Assembly (NCBI GenBank): GCA_021775615.1
Contig: JAJFHL010000283.1
Location: 11,518 to 75,517, forward strand
Length of the DNA: 64,000 nt
Reading direction: 5' to 3'
From: Hyphomicrobiales bacterium
Lineage (GTDB): Bacteria; Pseudomonadota; Alphaproteobacteria; Rhizobiales; JAJFHB01
Below the pieces are notes generated by a model. It was not told the origin of the DNA. It searched no databases and worked only from the letters and a program-made list of their open reading frames with translations. Made by a program: the position numbers and the translations under genes. Below are positions 17,853 to 26,899 of this stretch, in pieces. Position 1 is the first letter of the stretch. The number at the start of each line of letters is the position of its first letter.

Positions 17853-19258
17853 TGGCCGGCCGAAACCCCAAGAGCCCCAGGAGCATTCCCTTGCAAGAAA
17901 TGATGGTCGGCAGCCTGCGCACGCCCCTTGGCGGACTGATCGCACGCCCGTGGTTCGACCAGGTGGCCCTGCGCCTGCTGGCCCGATGGTTTTTCCCTTT
18001 GTCGCGGCTGTGGGCGGCGGCGCGGGCCGCCGAAGGATCGGTCGATCGATACTTCGCGGAAACGCCGATGGAGCCGCAGTCGCGGCTGAGGCCGTTGGTG
18101 GAGACTCGGCTGCGCCGCTTTGAAACCGTGCGCCACGAGGTGGTCGACATGGAAGCGCGCTGGGAAGCCGCTTTTTGGGGCGAGGTGTCCCCCGGCGCCG
18201 ATGCGCTCACCGAGATCGAACACGACCGCCTGTTCCAGCGAAATGGCTACAACACGCTGCGGCGCCTCTTCGTGCCGCTGCGACTGAAAGGCAATGTGAC
18301 GCCGGTGCACTGGGACACCCCCACCCCGGACGAGGTCGACGGCATCTACGGTGCCTTTGCCCGCGATCCCGCCGCCGCGTTTGAGGCGCCCGACCCGATG
18401 CCCGCCGTCGTGCGGTCACGCAGCATCGAAACGGAAAGCCGGCGCGACTACTGGCTGCGGTTTCACTCGCCATCCGAACGGATGAACGACGAGGTGATCG
18501 CCCGGGTCTACGAGCCCAAGGGCGTCGACAATCCCCCGACCATCATTCTCGGCCACGGTATCTGCGTCGAATTCGATCACTGGCGCGGGCTGACCGACGA
18601 AGCCGATGCGCTGGTCGCCCTGGGCAACCGGGTAATCCGGCCGGAAGCACCGTGGCACGGGCGCCGCGTGCCAACCGGCCGGTATGGCGGCGAACAGTTT
18701 CTGTCGACCGCGCCGCTCGGCGCCCTCGATCTCTTTACATCCGCGGTGCGCGAGTGGTCGGTGCTGATCGACTGGTGCCGGCGCACGAGCGATGCGCCGG
18801 TAGCCATCGGGGGCACCAGTCTCGGCGCCATGACAGCGCAGCTGACCGCCGTCAAGTCACGCTATTGGCCGAAGCGCCTGCAGCCCGACGCGCTGTTGCT
18901 GATCACCCATTGCGGCCGCATCGAAGACGCGGTGGTGCACGGTTCCCTCGCCCGGGTCTGGGGCATTGCAGAACAGACCGAAGCTCGAGGCTGGACGCCG
19001 GATCTGATGCAGACCTACGCCCCCCTGCTCGACCCGGACGGCGGCCCGGTGATGGCGCCCGGCAACATCGTCTCGGTCCTCGGAAGCCACGACGATGTAA
19101 CGCCTTTCGAGAGCGGCAAGGCGCTACTCGAACGCTGGGACATTCCGCACGAGAACCGGTTCATCTGGCGCTGTGGCCATTTCAGCGTGCCGCTGGCCAT
19201 GCTGCGCAATCATGAGCCGCTGGAACACTTCAGCGCGCTTCTGAAGCGCCTCAGCTAG
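17849..19258 (+). CDS. Alpha/beta-fold hydrolase (Ser-Asp-His), unknown substrate
   Basis: Nucleophile elbow GGTSLGAM, later GSHDDVTP and CGHFS. The start overlaps the acyltransferase stop codon (ATGA). Confidence 0.65.
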   Translation: MMAGRNPKSPRSIPLQEMMVGSLRTPLGGLIARPWFDQVALRLLARWFFPLSRLWAAARAAEGSVDRYFAETPMEPQSRLRPLVETRLRRFETVRHEVVDMEARWEAAFWGEVSPGADALTEIEHDRLFQRNGYNTLRRLFVPLRLKGNVTPVHWDTPTPDEVDGIYGAFARDPAAAFEAPDPMPAVVRSRSIETESRRDYWLRFHSPSERMNDEVIARVYEPKGVDNPPTIILGHGICVEFDHWRGLTDEADALVALGNRVIRPEAPWHGRRVPTGRYGGEQFLSTAPLGALDLFTSAVREWSVLIDWCRRTSDAPVAIGGTSLGAMTAQLTAVKSRYWPKRLQPDALLLITHCGRIEDAVVHGSLARVWGIAEQTEARGWTPDLMQTYAPLLDPDGGPVMAPGNIVSVLGSHDDVTPFESGKALLERWDIPHENRFIWRCGHFSVPLAMLRNHEPLEHFSALLKRLS

Positions 19259-20492
19259 CACCCTCACCGCGAAATCCTCTGTCGCCCGCGAGCGGCCGCG
19301 GCCGCAGCCACGCCAGCGCCAGCGGCCCCATCAGCATGATGAGGCCGAGATGGGCGAAAGCCGCCCACCAGCCGAAGATCGTATCACTGCCGGCGACATC
19401 GAGAATTGCACCGAAGGCCATGGGGCCGATTGCGCCGCCGAGGAACCCCAGGGTGGAATGCACCGCCATGGTGGCACCGCGGGCGCCGGGCAAGGCGTTG
19501 CCGAGCGCCCCGGCGGTAACCACCGCGGATTCCCCCAGGATGACGACGCCGTATATGAGGCAGGCGGTAACCGCCAGGCCGTAAGACACCGACGCCGACG
19601 CCCCGATCAGACCGGCCACCAGCGCAGACAGCGCCATCACCACCGCAACGGTGCGCGAACGGCCCCATCTGATCGCAAGCTCGTTGCCGAACACCATGGC
19701 GGGCATGCCGGCGAGGGTCACCCAGAATGCCACCGAAAACGGCAGCCAGAAGACTGCGTCGACAGCTTGAAATGTCATCGCGAACGTCAGGAAGGCAACG
19801 ATCCAGGTCTGAAACGCGACAAGTTCCCAGCTGTGGAACATGTAGCAGACGGTGTAGGCCATGGCGTGCCGGTTTCGGATCACCGGCCGGAAATCGAGAA
19901 GGTTCCGTTCCTTTTGCGGCGCCGGCGTTCTTGGCAGCAGCGCGAACGAAATCGCCGCGACGATGGCGGCGATCACGCAGGCCACAGCCGCGGCACCGAA
20001 TGCCGTTCGAAAGTCGCCAAGCGATGCGAACCATGTCGTAAAAGGGTAAGAGGCTGCACTGCCGACCATGAAGCAAGATGTGTAGAACGCGATTGTGCGT
20101 GACTGGCGCTCAGGCGCCACCCGCTCCGCAAGAGCCGCGGCGCCGGGCATGTAGGTCCCGGCCAGCCCCGCGCCGGCAACGGCACGGGCGATCGCCGCGC
20201 TCCAGAATCCGTCGGCGAACAGGGCGAACCCCAGATTTGCGGCTCCGGTCAGGATGGTTGCAGCTATGAACACGCGCGCCGGATCGATCCGGTCGGTCAT
20301 GCTGACGAGAAAGGGTACCGCGAGCGTATAGCCGATGAAATAGGCCGATCCGATCCACCCCGCCTCGGCGTTGCTCAAGTCCCAGCGGACGGAGAACTCC
20401 GGCAGCAGCGCGGCAAACGCGGCAATGCCGAGCATTGTCAGAACTTCTGCAATGCACAGCCCCGCCAGCAGTCCAACAATCCGTTTCGGCAT
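19251..20492 (-). CDS. MFS transporter
   Basis: 413 aa, 12 TM-like segments, with an MFS-type loop between TM2 and TM3. Confidence 0.85.
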   Translation of the reverse strand: MPKRIVGLLAGLCIAEVLTMLGIAAFAALLPEFSVRWDLSNAEAGWIGSAYFIGYTLAVPFLVSMTDRIDPARVFIAATILTGAANLGFALFADGFWSAAIARAVAGAGLAGTYMPGAAALAERVAPERQSRTIAFYTSCFMVGSAASYPFTTWFASLGDFRTAFGAAAVACVIAAIVAAISFALLPRTPAPQKERNLLDFRPVIRNRHAMAYTVCYMFHSWELVAFQTWIVAFLTFAMTFQAVDAVFWLPFSVAFWVTLAGMPAMVFGNELAIRWGRSRTVAVVMALSALVAGLIGASASVSYGLAVTACLIYGVVILGESAVVTAGALGNALPGARGATMAVHSTLGFLGGAIGPMAFGAILDVAGSDTIFGWWAAFAHLGLIMLMGPLALAWLRPRPLAGDRGFRGEGAS

Positions 20493-20574
20493 GCGCCCTC
20501 ATCGACGAGCGATGTGAAATCCGTGTGACGTCGTTGGACTTGCTAAACCATTTTTGGGTCAGTGGGAAATGCCG

Positions 20575-21042
20575 CTATTCGGGCGTTGGCCCGATGCGCT
20601 CCTTGGCACGGCCGAGATTGATCGTTGCCGGGATATAGGCGGGCAATACGATAAGCGCCTTTGAGCAGGCGGCCCGCGCATTCTTGTACTTGCCAACCTT
20701 GAGATACATCAGACACAGGTTGCTGTAGGCCAGACCGACCGTGGGATATCCGAAACTGTCAGCCCGGATGGCGGCTCTCATTTTTTCGAGCGCTTCGTCG
20801 TACTTCTTTTCGAGGAACAGCGAGACCGCCTTGTTGTAGGCGGCAACGCTCGGGTTGCCGTCATGGGTGGTGAGTACGGGACCGGGCTGATCGGCACCCG
20901 GGAACTCGCTCTCTTCGGCCTTGGCGGCTGAAAAACCTGCCGTCAGGCCGCCCATCAGGAGCATCGCGGCAATCGAGCCACGCCGGCGGTCCATTGCGGA
21001 CCGCAAGGCGGGCACGCAGTACATGTGGTCTATCGTGGTCAT
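20575..21042 (-). CDS. Secreted TPR-repeat protein
   Basis: TPR-like helices (AYNKAVSLFLEKKYDEALEKM, AYSNLCLMYLKVGKYKNARAAC). A signal-like RRGSIAAMLLMGGLTAGFSAAKA is present. The start is uncertain (21042 or 20994). Confidence 0.55.
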   Translation of the reverse strand: MTTIDHMYCVPALRSAMDRRRGSIAAMLLMGGLTAGFSAAKAEESEFPGADQPGPVLTTHDGNPSVAAYNKAVSLFLEKKYDEALEKMRAAIRADSFGYPTVGLAYSNLCLMYLKVGKYKNARAACSKALIVLPAYIPATINLGRAKERIGPTPE

Positions 21043-21232
21043 GGTGTTTTTTCGCGGCGGATTTGCTAAAATCTGCCGCCCAGCTCTGTTCAAGTACGGG
21101 TGCTGATACGCAATGTGCCACGAAAGTGTAAGCGAATCGTTTAGGTGCGAACGATTACCAGTGGATGGCGCGCTGCCGCATGTCCGACTCGGAAATTCGA
21201 AGTAGAATGCCAAAAAAGGGCAAAAAGAGCCA

Positions 21233-21751
21233 ATGGCAATGACGCAATTCACACTCAGCCAGATCAGTCAATTGACTTGCGAAGCGTTTACCGAAGCATT
21301 CGGCGACATCTACGAACACTCGCCGTGGATTGCCGAAGCGGCCTGGCGGGCGCGGCCATTCGCCGATCTGGATGCGCTGTCCGGTGCCATGGCGCAGGCC
21401 GTGCGCGGCGCGAGTGACGAACAGCGAATGGCGCTTTTGACCGCTCACCCGGAGCTGGCTGGCCGCGACGCCAAGGCCGGCAATCTGACCCAGGCCTCTT
21501 CTGAGGAGCAGGCAGGCGCTGGACTGGTCGACCTGGCGCCGGATGAACTCGCCCATGTCGCCCAATTCAACGAAGCGTACTACGCCAAATTCGGCTTCCC
21601 GTTCATCATTGCCGTGCGTCACCACACCAAGTCAACGATCATGCAGGCGATGCGGGCAAGGCTCGAGAACGATCGTGACGCAGAGCTGCGAACGGCCCTT
21701 GAACAGGTCGACGAGATCGGCAGACTGCGGCTGGAAAAGCTGATCGGCTGA
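21233..21751 (+). CDS. uraD: 2-oxo-4-hydroxy-4-carboxy-5-ureidoimidazoline (OHCU) decarboxylase
   Basis: 172 aa with YEHSPWIAE, LLTAHPELAG and FPFIIAVR motifs. Confidence 0.85.
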   Translation: MAMTQFTLSQISQLTCEAFTEAFGDIYEHSPWIAEAAWRARPFADLDALSGAMAQAVRGASDEQRMALLTAHPELAGRDAKAGNLTQASSEEQAGAGLVDLAPDELAHVAQFNEAYYAKFGFPFIIAVRHHTKSTIMQAMRARLENDRDAELRTALEQVDEIGRLRLEKLIG

Positions 21752-21768
21752 AAGGGCCCTGACGCCTT

Positions 21769-22671
21769 ATGAACGACCACGCTCACGATCACGACCATGG
21801 CGGGCATTCCCACGCCGCCACCACGGCGGACAACGAGCGCCGCGTCCTGTGGGCGATGGTTCTGACCGGCGTGTTCATGATTGCCGAGGTCATCGGCGGC
21901 ATCCTGTCGGGCTCGCTCGCCCTTATCGCAGACGCCGGCCACATGCTCACCGATTTTGCCGCCCTTGCCCTTTCGTGGGCCGCCTTTCGGGCATCCGGCA
22001 AACCAAACGACGAACGGCGCACCTACGGCTATCACCGGTTTCAGGTGCTCGCCGCGTTCGTCAACGGATTGACGATGGTGGCGGTTGTAGGATGGATCCT
22101 GATTGAGGCGGCGCGCCGGTTGTTTGACCCGGTCGAAGTGCTGCCTGCCCCGATGATGGTCATCGCGGTGCTCGGGCTGCTGGTAAACATCATCGCCTTT
22201 GCGCTGCTGCACGGTGGCTCCAAAGACAACCTGAACCTCCAGGGCGCCGCGGTGCACGTGCTGGGTGATCTGCTCGGCAGCGTTGCCGCCATCGCCGCAG
22301 CCGCGGTGATCTACTGGACCGGATGGATGCCGATCGACCCGCTGCTTTCGGTGCTGGTCGCGCTTCTCATTCTGCGCAGCGCGGTAACGATTGTCCGCAA
22401 ATCAGCCCACATTCTGCTTGAAGGCGCACCAGAATGGCTCGATGTGGAAGCGTTGCGGGCCGATCTGGCCGAAGCGGTTCCCGCGGTCAAAGACGTGCAT
22501 CACGTGCATGCCTGGATGCTGACGCAGGAACGCGCCCTGATGACCCTGCACGCGGTGATCGACCGGGCAGCCGATCCAGCTGAAACACTGACGGCAATCC
22601 AGAAACGGCTGCAGGCGGCGCACGGCGTCGACCACGCGACGGTGCAGATCGAGATTGCCGAGGGGCGCTAG
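21769..22671 (+). CDS. Cation diffusion facilitator (Zn/Co/Cd efflux, CzcD/ZitB-like)
   Basis: His-rich N-terminus, six TM segments, HMLTD and HVLGDLLGS metal-site motifs, and a C-terminal cytoplasmic domain. Confidence 0.9.
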   Translation: MNDHAHDHDHGGHSHAATTADNERRVLWAMVLTGVFMIAEVIGGILSGSLALIADAGHMLTDFAALALSWAAFRASGKPNDERRTYGYHRFQVLAAFVNGLTMVAVVGWILIEAARRLFDPVEVLPAPMMVIAVLGLLVNIIAFALLHGGSKDNLNLQGAAVHVLGDLLGSVAAIAAAAVIYWTGWMPIDPLLSVLVALLILRSAVTIVRKSAHILLEGAPEWLDVEALRADLAEAVPAVKDVHHVHAWMLTQERALMTLHAVIDRAADPAETLTAIQKRLQAAHGVDHATVQIEIAEGR

Positions 22672-22783
22672 CCCCTCCCCGGATCGCAGCGTTGCGTTAA
22701 CGCCGTGTGCGTCAAAGGGCTTCCAACTGCAGACACGCTGCGGCACATTGCGGGTGAGATAGCCTCAGGGTCTGGCGCAGGGC

Positions 22784-25700
22784 ATGGCACAGATATTCAT
22801 TTCGCACTCCAGCAAGGACAATGATGCGGCCGCCCGCCTGCTCGCCTGGCTGCGTGAGCGCGGCTTCGACCAGGTGTTTCTCGACTTCGACAAGGATGCC
22901 GGCATCCAGCCGGGCGCCGACTGGGAACGCACGCTCTATGAGCAGCTTGAGCGCTGTCAGGCGGTGATTATCATCCTGACCAAGAACTGGCATGCCTCCA
23001 AATGGTGCTTTGCTGAGTATTTCGCCGCTCGGGCACAAGGCAAGGCCATCTTCCCGATTGTCGAGTCACCGACCGGCGAGATGCTGGTGGGATCGGACCT
23101 GCAGGCGATCAACTTCGTCTCCGACCGCTCCGACGGGCTGGAGCGACTGTCTGCTTCACTGAGTGAGATAGCGCTCGAGTCGGCCGCCGGATTTGAGTTG
23201 CCCGACAACGTGTCGCCATTCCCCGGTCTCAACTCTTTCGAGGAGCATCATGCCGCCGTGTTCTTCGGGCGCGATGATGTCCTGACCCAGTTGCGCGAAG
23301 TTCTGCGCAAGCGCAGCACGCAAGGCGGTGAACGACTGATTGCGTTGCTCGGTGCGTCGGGCAGCGGAAAGTCGTCACTGCTGCGGGCCGGGCTCATTCC
23401 CCGGCTTCGGCGCGACCGGGACAACTGGATCGTGCTGTCGGTGTTCAGGCCTGAATATGATCCGACCGCCAAGCTTATCGATGCCCTCCTGCAGTTGTGC
23501 GGCGATGACGAACGCATCGGCGCATGGGAAGCCGCGCTCGACGGCGGCAACCCGGAAGACGCGCTGGGCCAGATCGCACGACTTGTCCGCCGCACGTCGA
23601 AGGCACCCGATGCACGCATTCTTGTCGCCATCGACCAGGGTGAGGAGCTGTTCCTCAATCTCGACGAAAAGGCGCGGCACAGGTTCTTCGCTCTCCTCTC
23701 CAAGATGCTGGCGCTGCAACTGCCTTTTGTTGCCGTCATTGCCATGCGTTCGGAATTTCTCGACGCCCTCCAGGTCGAGAAGGGCCGTACGGTTGCCTTC
23801 GACACGTTCTCTGTCGAACCCGTTCCCCTGAGCCGCATCGGTGCGATTGTGCGCAGCCCTGCGCGCTATGCCGGCATCCGTGTCGACGATGAGCTCATTG
23901 CGGCCGTCACCCAGGATGCCGGACGGCCGGACGCCATGCCTCTTGTCGCGTTCGCGCTGCGTGAACTCTTTGACCGCTTCGGCGGCAGCGGCAGCTTTAC
24001 GCTGCGGGACTACGAAACACTTGGCCGGCGCGACAGCGGCATCACGCCTCTGGAAAATGCGGTTCGTCTCGTCGTCGAAGAGGCCTTTCCCAAAGCCAAG
24101 CGTTCAGACGAAGACGATCGCCTGCTGCGCGAGACGTTCGTCCCGGCCCTGGTGCAAGTCAACAAGGAAGGCAACTTTGCCCGTCGCTCGGCCCGGTACG
24201 CGGACCTGCCGGAGCGGGTGAGGCCCTTTGCCGACAAACTGATCGATGCCCGCCTGCTGGTTCGGCGCGGTGGTGGCGCCGGGACGGGAGAATCGATTGT
24301 CGAAGTGTCGCATGAGGCGGTGTTCAGGGTCTGGCCCGAGCTGGCCGCATGGCTCGACGAAGAGCGCGATTTTCTCGTCGGCCGCGACCGGCTGCAAGAT
24401 GCGGCGACAGACTGGGAGGAGCTTGACCGCGACGACAAGGCTCTGCTGCGTGGCGTTCTGCTGGAGCGCGCGCAGGACTGGCTGTCGAACAATCCGGACC
24501 GGTTCTCGGGCACGGAACTGGAATTCGTCCAGGCATCCATTGATCAGGACCGGGCGCAGCGGGCGCGCAAAAAACGGGCGGAACGCCGACTGTTTGCCGG
24601 TGTCGCCGCCGCGGCGGTTGTTTTTGCCATCCTGGCGGCCTGGGGCAAAATCTCGTCAGACCGGGCGATCAGGGCTGAAGCGGAAACCCAGACCCAGTTG
24701 CGTCAGACGCTTAAGAATCAGTCTTTGCATCTTGCCTCCCTGTCGGAACAGCGCAGCGACCTGGGCGATCCGGTGACGGGTGCGCTTCTGGCTCTGGCCG
24801 CCCTGCCGGGAGATGTTGACGGTTTCGCGCGCCCCTATGAGCCGAAAGCCGAGAGCGCCCTATACAGGGCGGTGCGCGAACAACGCGAAATGCGCGTCAT
24901 GAGGGGACACACGAAGCGGGTGTACACGGCAACATTCAGCCGCGATGGGCACGTCTTCGCAACCGGCTCCGGCGACCGGACAGTGCGTCTGTGGGACGCA
25001 AAAACCGGCGGGCTTCTGAAAACGTTCGAAGGTCACGGCAAGGCGATCACGTCGGTCACATTCAGCGCCGATGCGACACGGCTCTATACCGGCTCGCTTG
25101 ATGAGACAATCCGGATCTGGGACACCGCAACCGGACAGGTGATCCGAACTCTTGAAGCCCAGAGCGGCGCAAAATGCGCGGTCCGCAGCCTGGTGGTCAA
25201 CCGCGAAGAGTCCCGTATCGCGGCGGGCTGCGGCGACAGCACGATCCGGATCTGGGACATTGATACTGGTCGGCCGGTCTTCGAATTCGACAGACACAAC
25301 GGTGCGGTGACGGCTATTGCGTTTTCGCCCGACGGTGCAAATCTTGTTTCTGCGTCACGCGATGGAACGATGCTCCTGTGGGCCATCCCCGCAGGCACTG
25401 CGCTTGCGTTCGAGCCGACGCACAGAGACAGCGTCAAGTCGGTGGCTTTCTCCACCGACGGCCGGCGCGTCATTTCCGGCTCCACCGACAAGACCGCAAT
25501 CATCTGGGAGGTCGCATCGCGCGCGCCGCTTCATATTCTGGAGGGACACGAAAATGCGGTTGAAGCGGTTGCACTCGACGCGTCCGGGACCCGCGCCGTC
25601 ACCGGTTCGGTGGACCGCTCACTGCGACTTTGGAATGCGCGGACCGGTGAGGTCATTGCTGTTCTGCGCGGGCACGGCGCCGCAGTTCGCACGGTTGCAT

Positions 25701-26779
25701 TCTCGCCAACGGGCGAGCGTATCGTCTCGGGATCATCCGATTTCACAGCCAGGCTCTGGGACGCACGGCCGGCGAAACATCTCGGCGCGTTGCTGGAAGG
25801 GCATACGGACGCCGTCAATCAGGCCGACTTCAATGATGACGGCACACGCATGGTCACCGCGTCAAGAGACGGCACGGCGCGGGTCTGGAATGCGATGAAC
25901 GGCGAATTGCTGGCAACGTTCGAACACGGCGAGTTCGACGTCAAATCGGCGGCTTTCGATGCCGACGGCTCACGGATCGTCACTGGTGCGGGAGACGGCA
26001 AAGTCAGAATATGGTCACCCGGCCAGTCATCACCGCTGCTGACCACCGGGGGACAGGCCGGCCAAATCCTCTCGACCGTATTCAGCGGCGATGGGCAACG
26101 CGTTCTGGCAGGCGCCAACGACGGTACCGCGCGTGTTTGGAACGCCCGGACAGGTGCCCAGGTCCTCGTTCTCGCCGACCACGGCGATGCCGTGATGTCG
26201 GTCGCTTTCGACGCCGACAGCAACCGGATCGCCACCGGCGGTCTCGGCGGCGCGCTGCGCATTTGGAATGCCACGAGCGGCAAGATCATCCACCGTATGG
26301 ATGTCGAGGGGGCAGATGTCCGGTCCGTCTCCTTCAGCCCGGACGGGCGGTTGCTTGCCGCCGGCTTCAGCGACCAGACCGTGCGCCTGTTCGACACGGC
26401 AACCGGTGTCCCGGCGATGCCGAACCTTCTGGGACACCGGAATGAAGTAACGTCGGTGAGATTCCAGTCTGACAACAACCGTGTCGTCAGCGGATCTTCC
26501 GACGGCACCATGCGGATCTGGTCCACAACCGGACCGGACGCCGGAGAGATCCTTGAAATTCAATCGGACGAGGGCCCGGTCAGTTCCATAGCCGTAACGC
26601 GGGGCGGCGGCGGGAACATAGCGGTTGCCGCCGGGAACCTGGTTGCCGTGTGGCGCAGCTTCAAGTCGACACAGGATCTCATCGACCATGCCCGCTCGGC
26701 CCTGCCACGGTGTCCCACCCCGGACGAACGCAGAAGATACGTCATTCCGGCCGGAGCGCTTGCCTGGTGTGCGGAGTAG
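22784..26779 (+). CDS. TIR domain / STAND-type P-loop NTPase / single TM helix / 14xWD40 (two predicted 7-bladed propellers) protein
   Basis: 1331 aa. TIR-like N-terminus (IFISHSSKD ... SKWCFAEY, Glu78). FPGLNSFEE..FFGRD lead-in. Walker A GASGSGKS (nt 23351-23374). Walker B-like ILVAIDQGEE (nt 23618-23647). Basic stretch RAQRARKKRAERR, then hydrophobic LFAGVAAAAVVFAILAAW (nt 24590-24643). 14 GH..WD-type repeats span nt 24899-26656. Confidence 0.9.
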   Translation: MAQIFISHSSKDNDAAARLLAWLRERGFDQVFLDFDKDAGIQPGADWERTLYEQLERCQAVIIILTKNWHASKWCFAEYFAARAQGKAIFPIVESPTGEMLVGSDLQAINFVSDRSDGLERLSASLSEIALESAAGFELPDNVSPFPGLNSFEEHHAAVFFGRDDVLTQLREVLRKRSTQGGERLIALLGASGSGKSSLLRAGLIPRLRRDRDNWIVLSVFRPEYDPTAKLIDALLQLCGDDERIGAWEAALDGGNPEDALGQIARLVRRTSKAPDARILVAIDQGEELFLNLDEKARHRFFALLSKMLALQLPFVAVIAMRSEFLDALQVEKGRTVAFDTFSVEPVPLSRIGAIVRSPARYAGIRVDDELIAAVTQDAGRPDAMPLVAFALRELFDRFGGSGSFTLRDYETLGRRDSGITPLENAVRLVVEEAFPKAKRSDEDDRLLRETFVPALVQVNKEGNFARRSARYADLPERVRPFADKLIDARLLVRRGGGAGTGESIVEVSHEAVFRVWPELAAWLDEERDFLVGRDRLQDAATDWEELDRDDKALLRGVLLERAQDWLSNNPDRFSGTELEFVQASIDQDRAQRARKKRAERRLFAGVAAAAVVFAILAAWGKISSDRAIRAEAETQTQLRQTLKNQSLHLASLSEQRSDLGDPVTGALLALAALPGDVDGFARPYEPKAESALYRAVREQREMRVMRGHTKRVYTATFSRDGHVFATGSGDRTVRLWDAKTGGLLKTFEGHGKAITSVTFSADATRLYTGSLDETIRIWDTATGQVIRTLEAQSGAKCAVRSLVVNREESRIAAGCGDSTIRIWDIDTGRPVFEFDRHNGAVTAIAFSPDGANLVSASRDGTMLLWAIPAGTALAFEPTHRDSVKSVAFSTDGRRVISGSTDKTAIIWEVASRAPLHILEGHENAVEAVALDASGTRAVTGSVDRSLRLWNARTGEVIAVLRGHGAAVRTVAFSPTGERIVSGSSDFTARLWDARPAKHLGALLEGHTDAVNQADFNDDGTRMVTASRDGTARVWNAMNGELLATFEHGEFDVKSAAFDADGSRIVTGAGDGKVRIWSPGQSSPLLTTGGQAGQILSTVFSGDGQRVLAGANDGTARVWNARTGAQVLVLADHGDAVMSVAFDADSNRIATGGLGGALRIWNATSGKIIHRMDVEGADVRSVSFSPDGRLLAAGFSDQTVRLFDTATGVPAMPNLLGHRNEVTSVRFQSDNNRVVSGSSDGTMRIWSTTGPDAGEILEIQSDEGPVSSIAVTRGGGGNIAVAAGNLVAVWRSFKSTQDLIDHARSALPRCPTPDERRRYVIPAGALAWCAE

Positions 26780-26899
26780 CGCTTCCAGGTTTGACACCCC
26801 TCGCCTGCTGACCGTTCTTTTGCATACCAGATGGCGCGAATATCATCATATACTCGTCGCCGGACTGTGGGGTTTTGCCAGAGGGAGGCATGGCAACCA

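Noticed and set aside
21054-21079. The hairpin GCGGCGGATTT-GCTA-AAATCTGCCGC, preceded by a T-run, as a terminator.
   Set aside because: The T-run is on the wrong side for plus-strand termination, and the minus-strand reading has an A-run. It lies in the leader of the TPR gene and its function is undetermined.
24899-26656. Periodic structure of about 126 nt that could be mistaken for a DNA repeat array or CRISPR.
   Set aside because: It is the coding periodicity of 14 WD40 blades. The units are diverged at the DNA level, have no spacers, and sit in one continuous reading frame.
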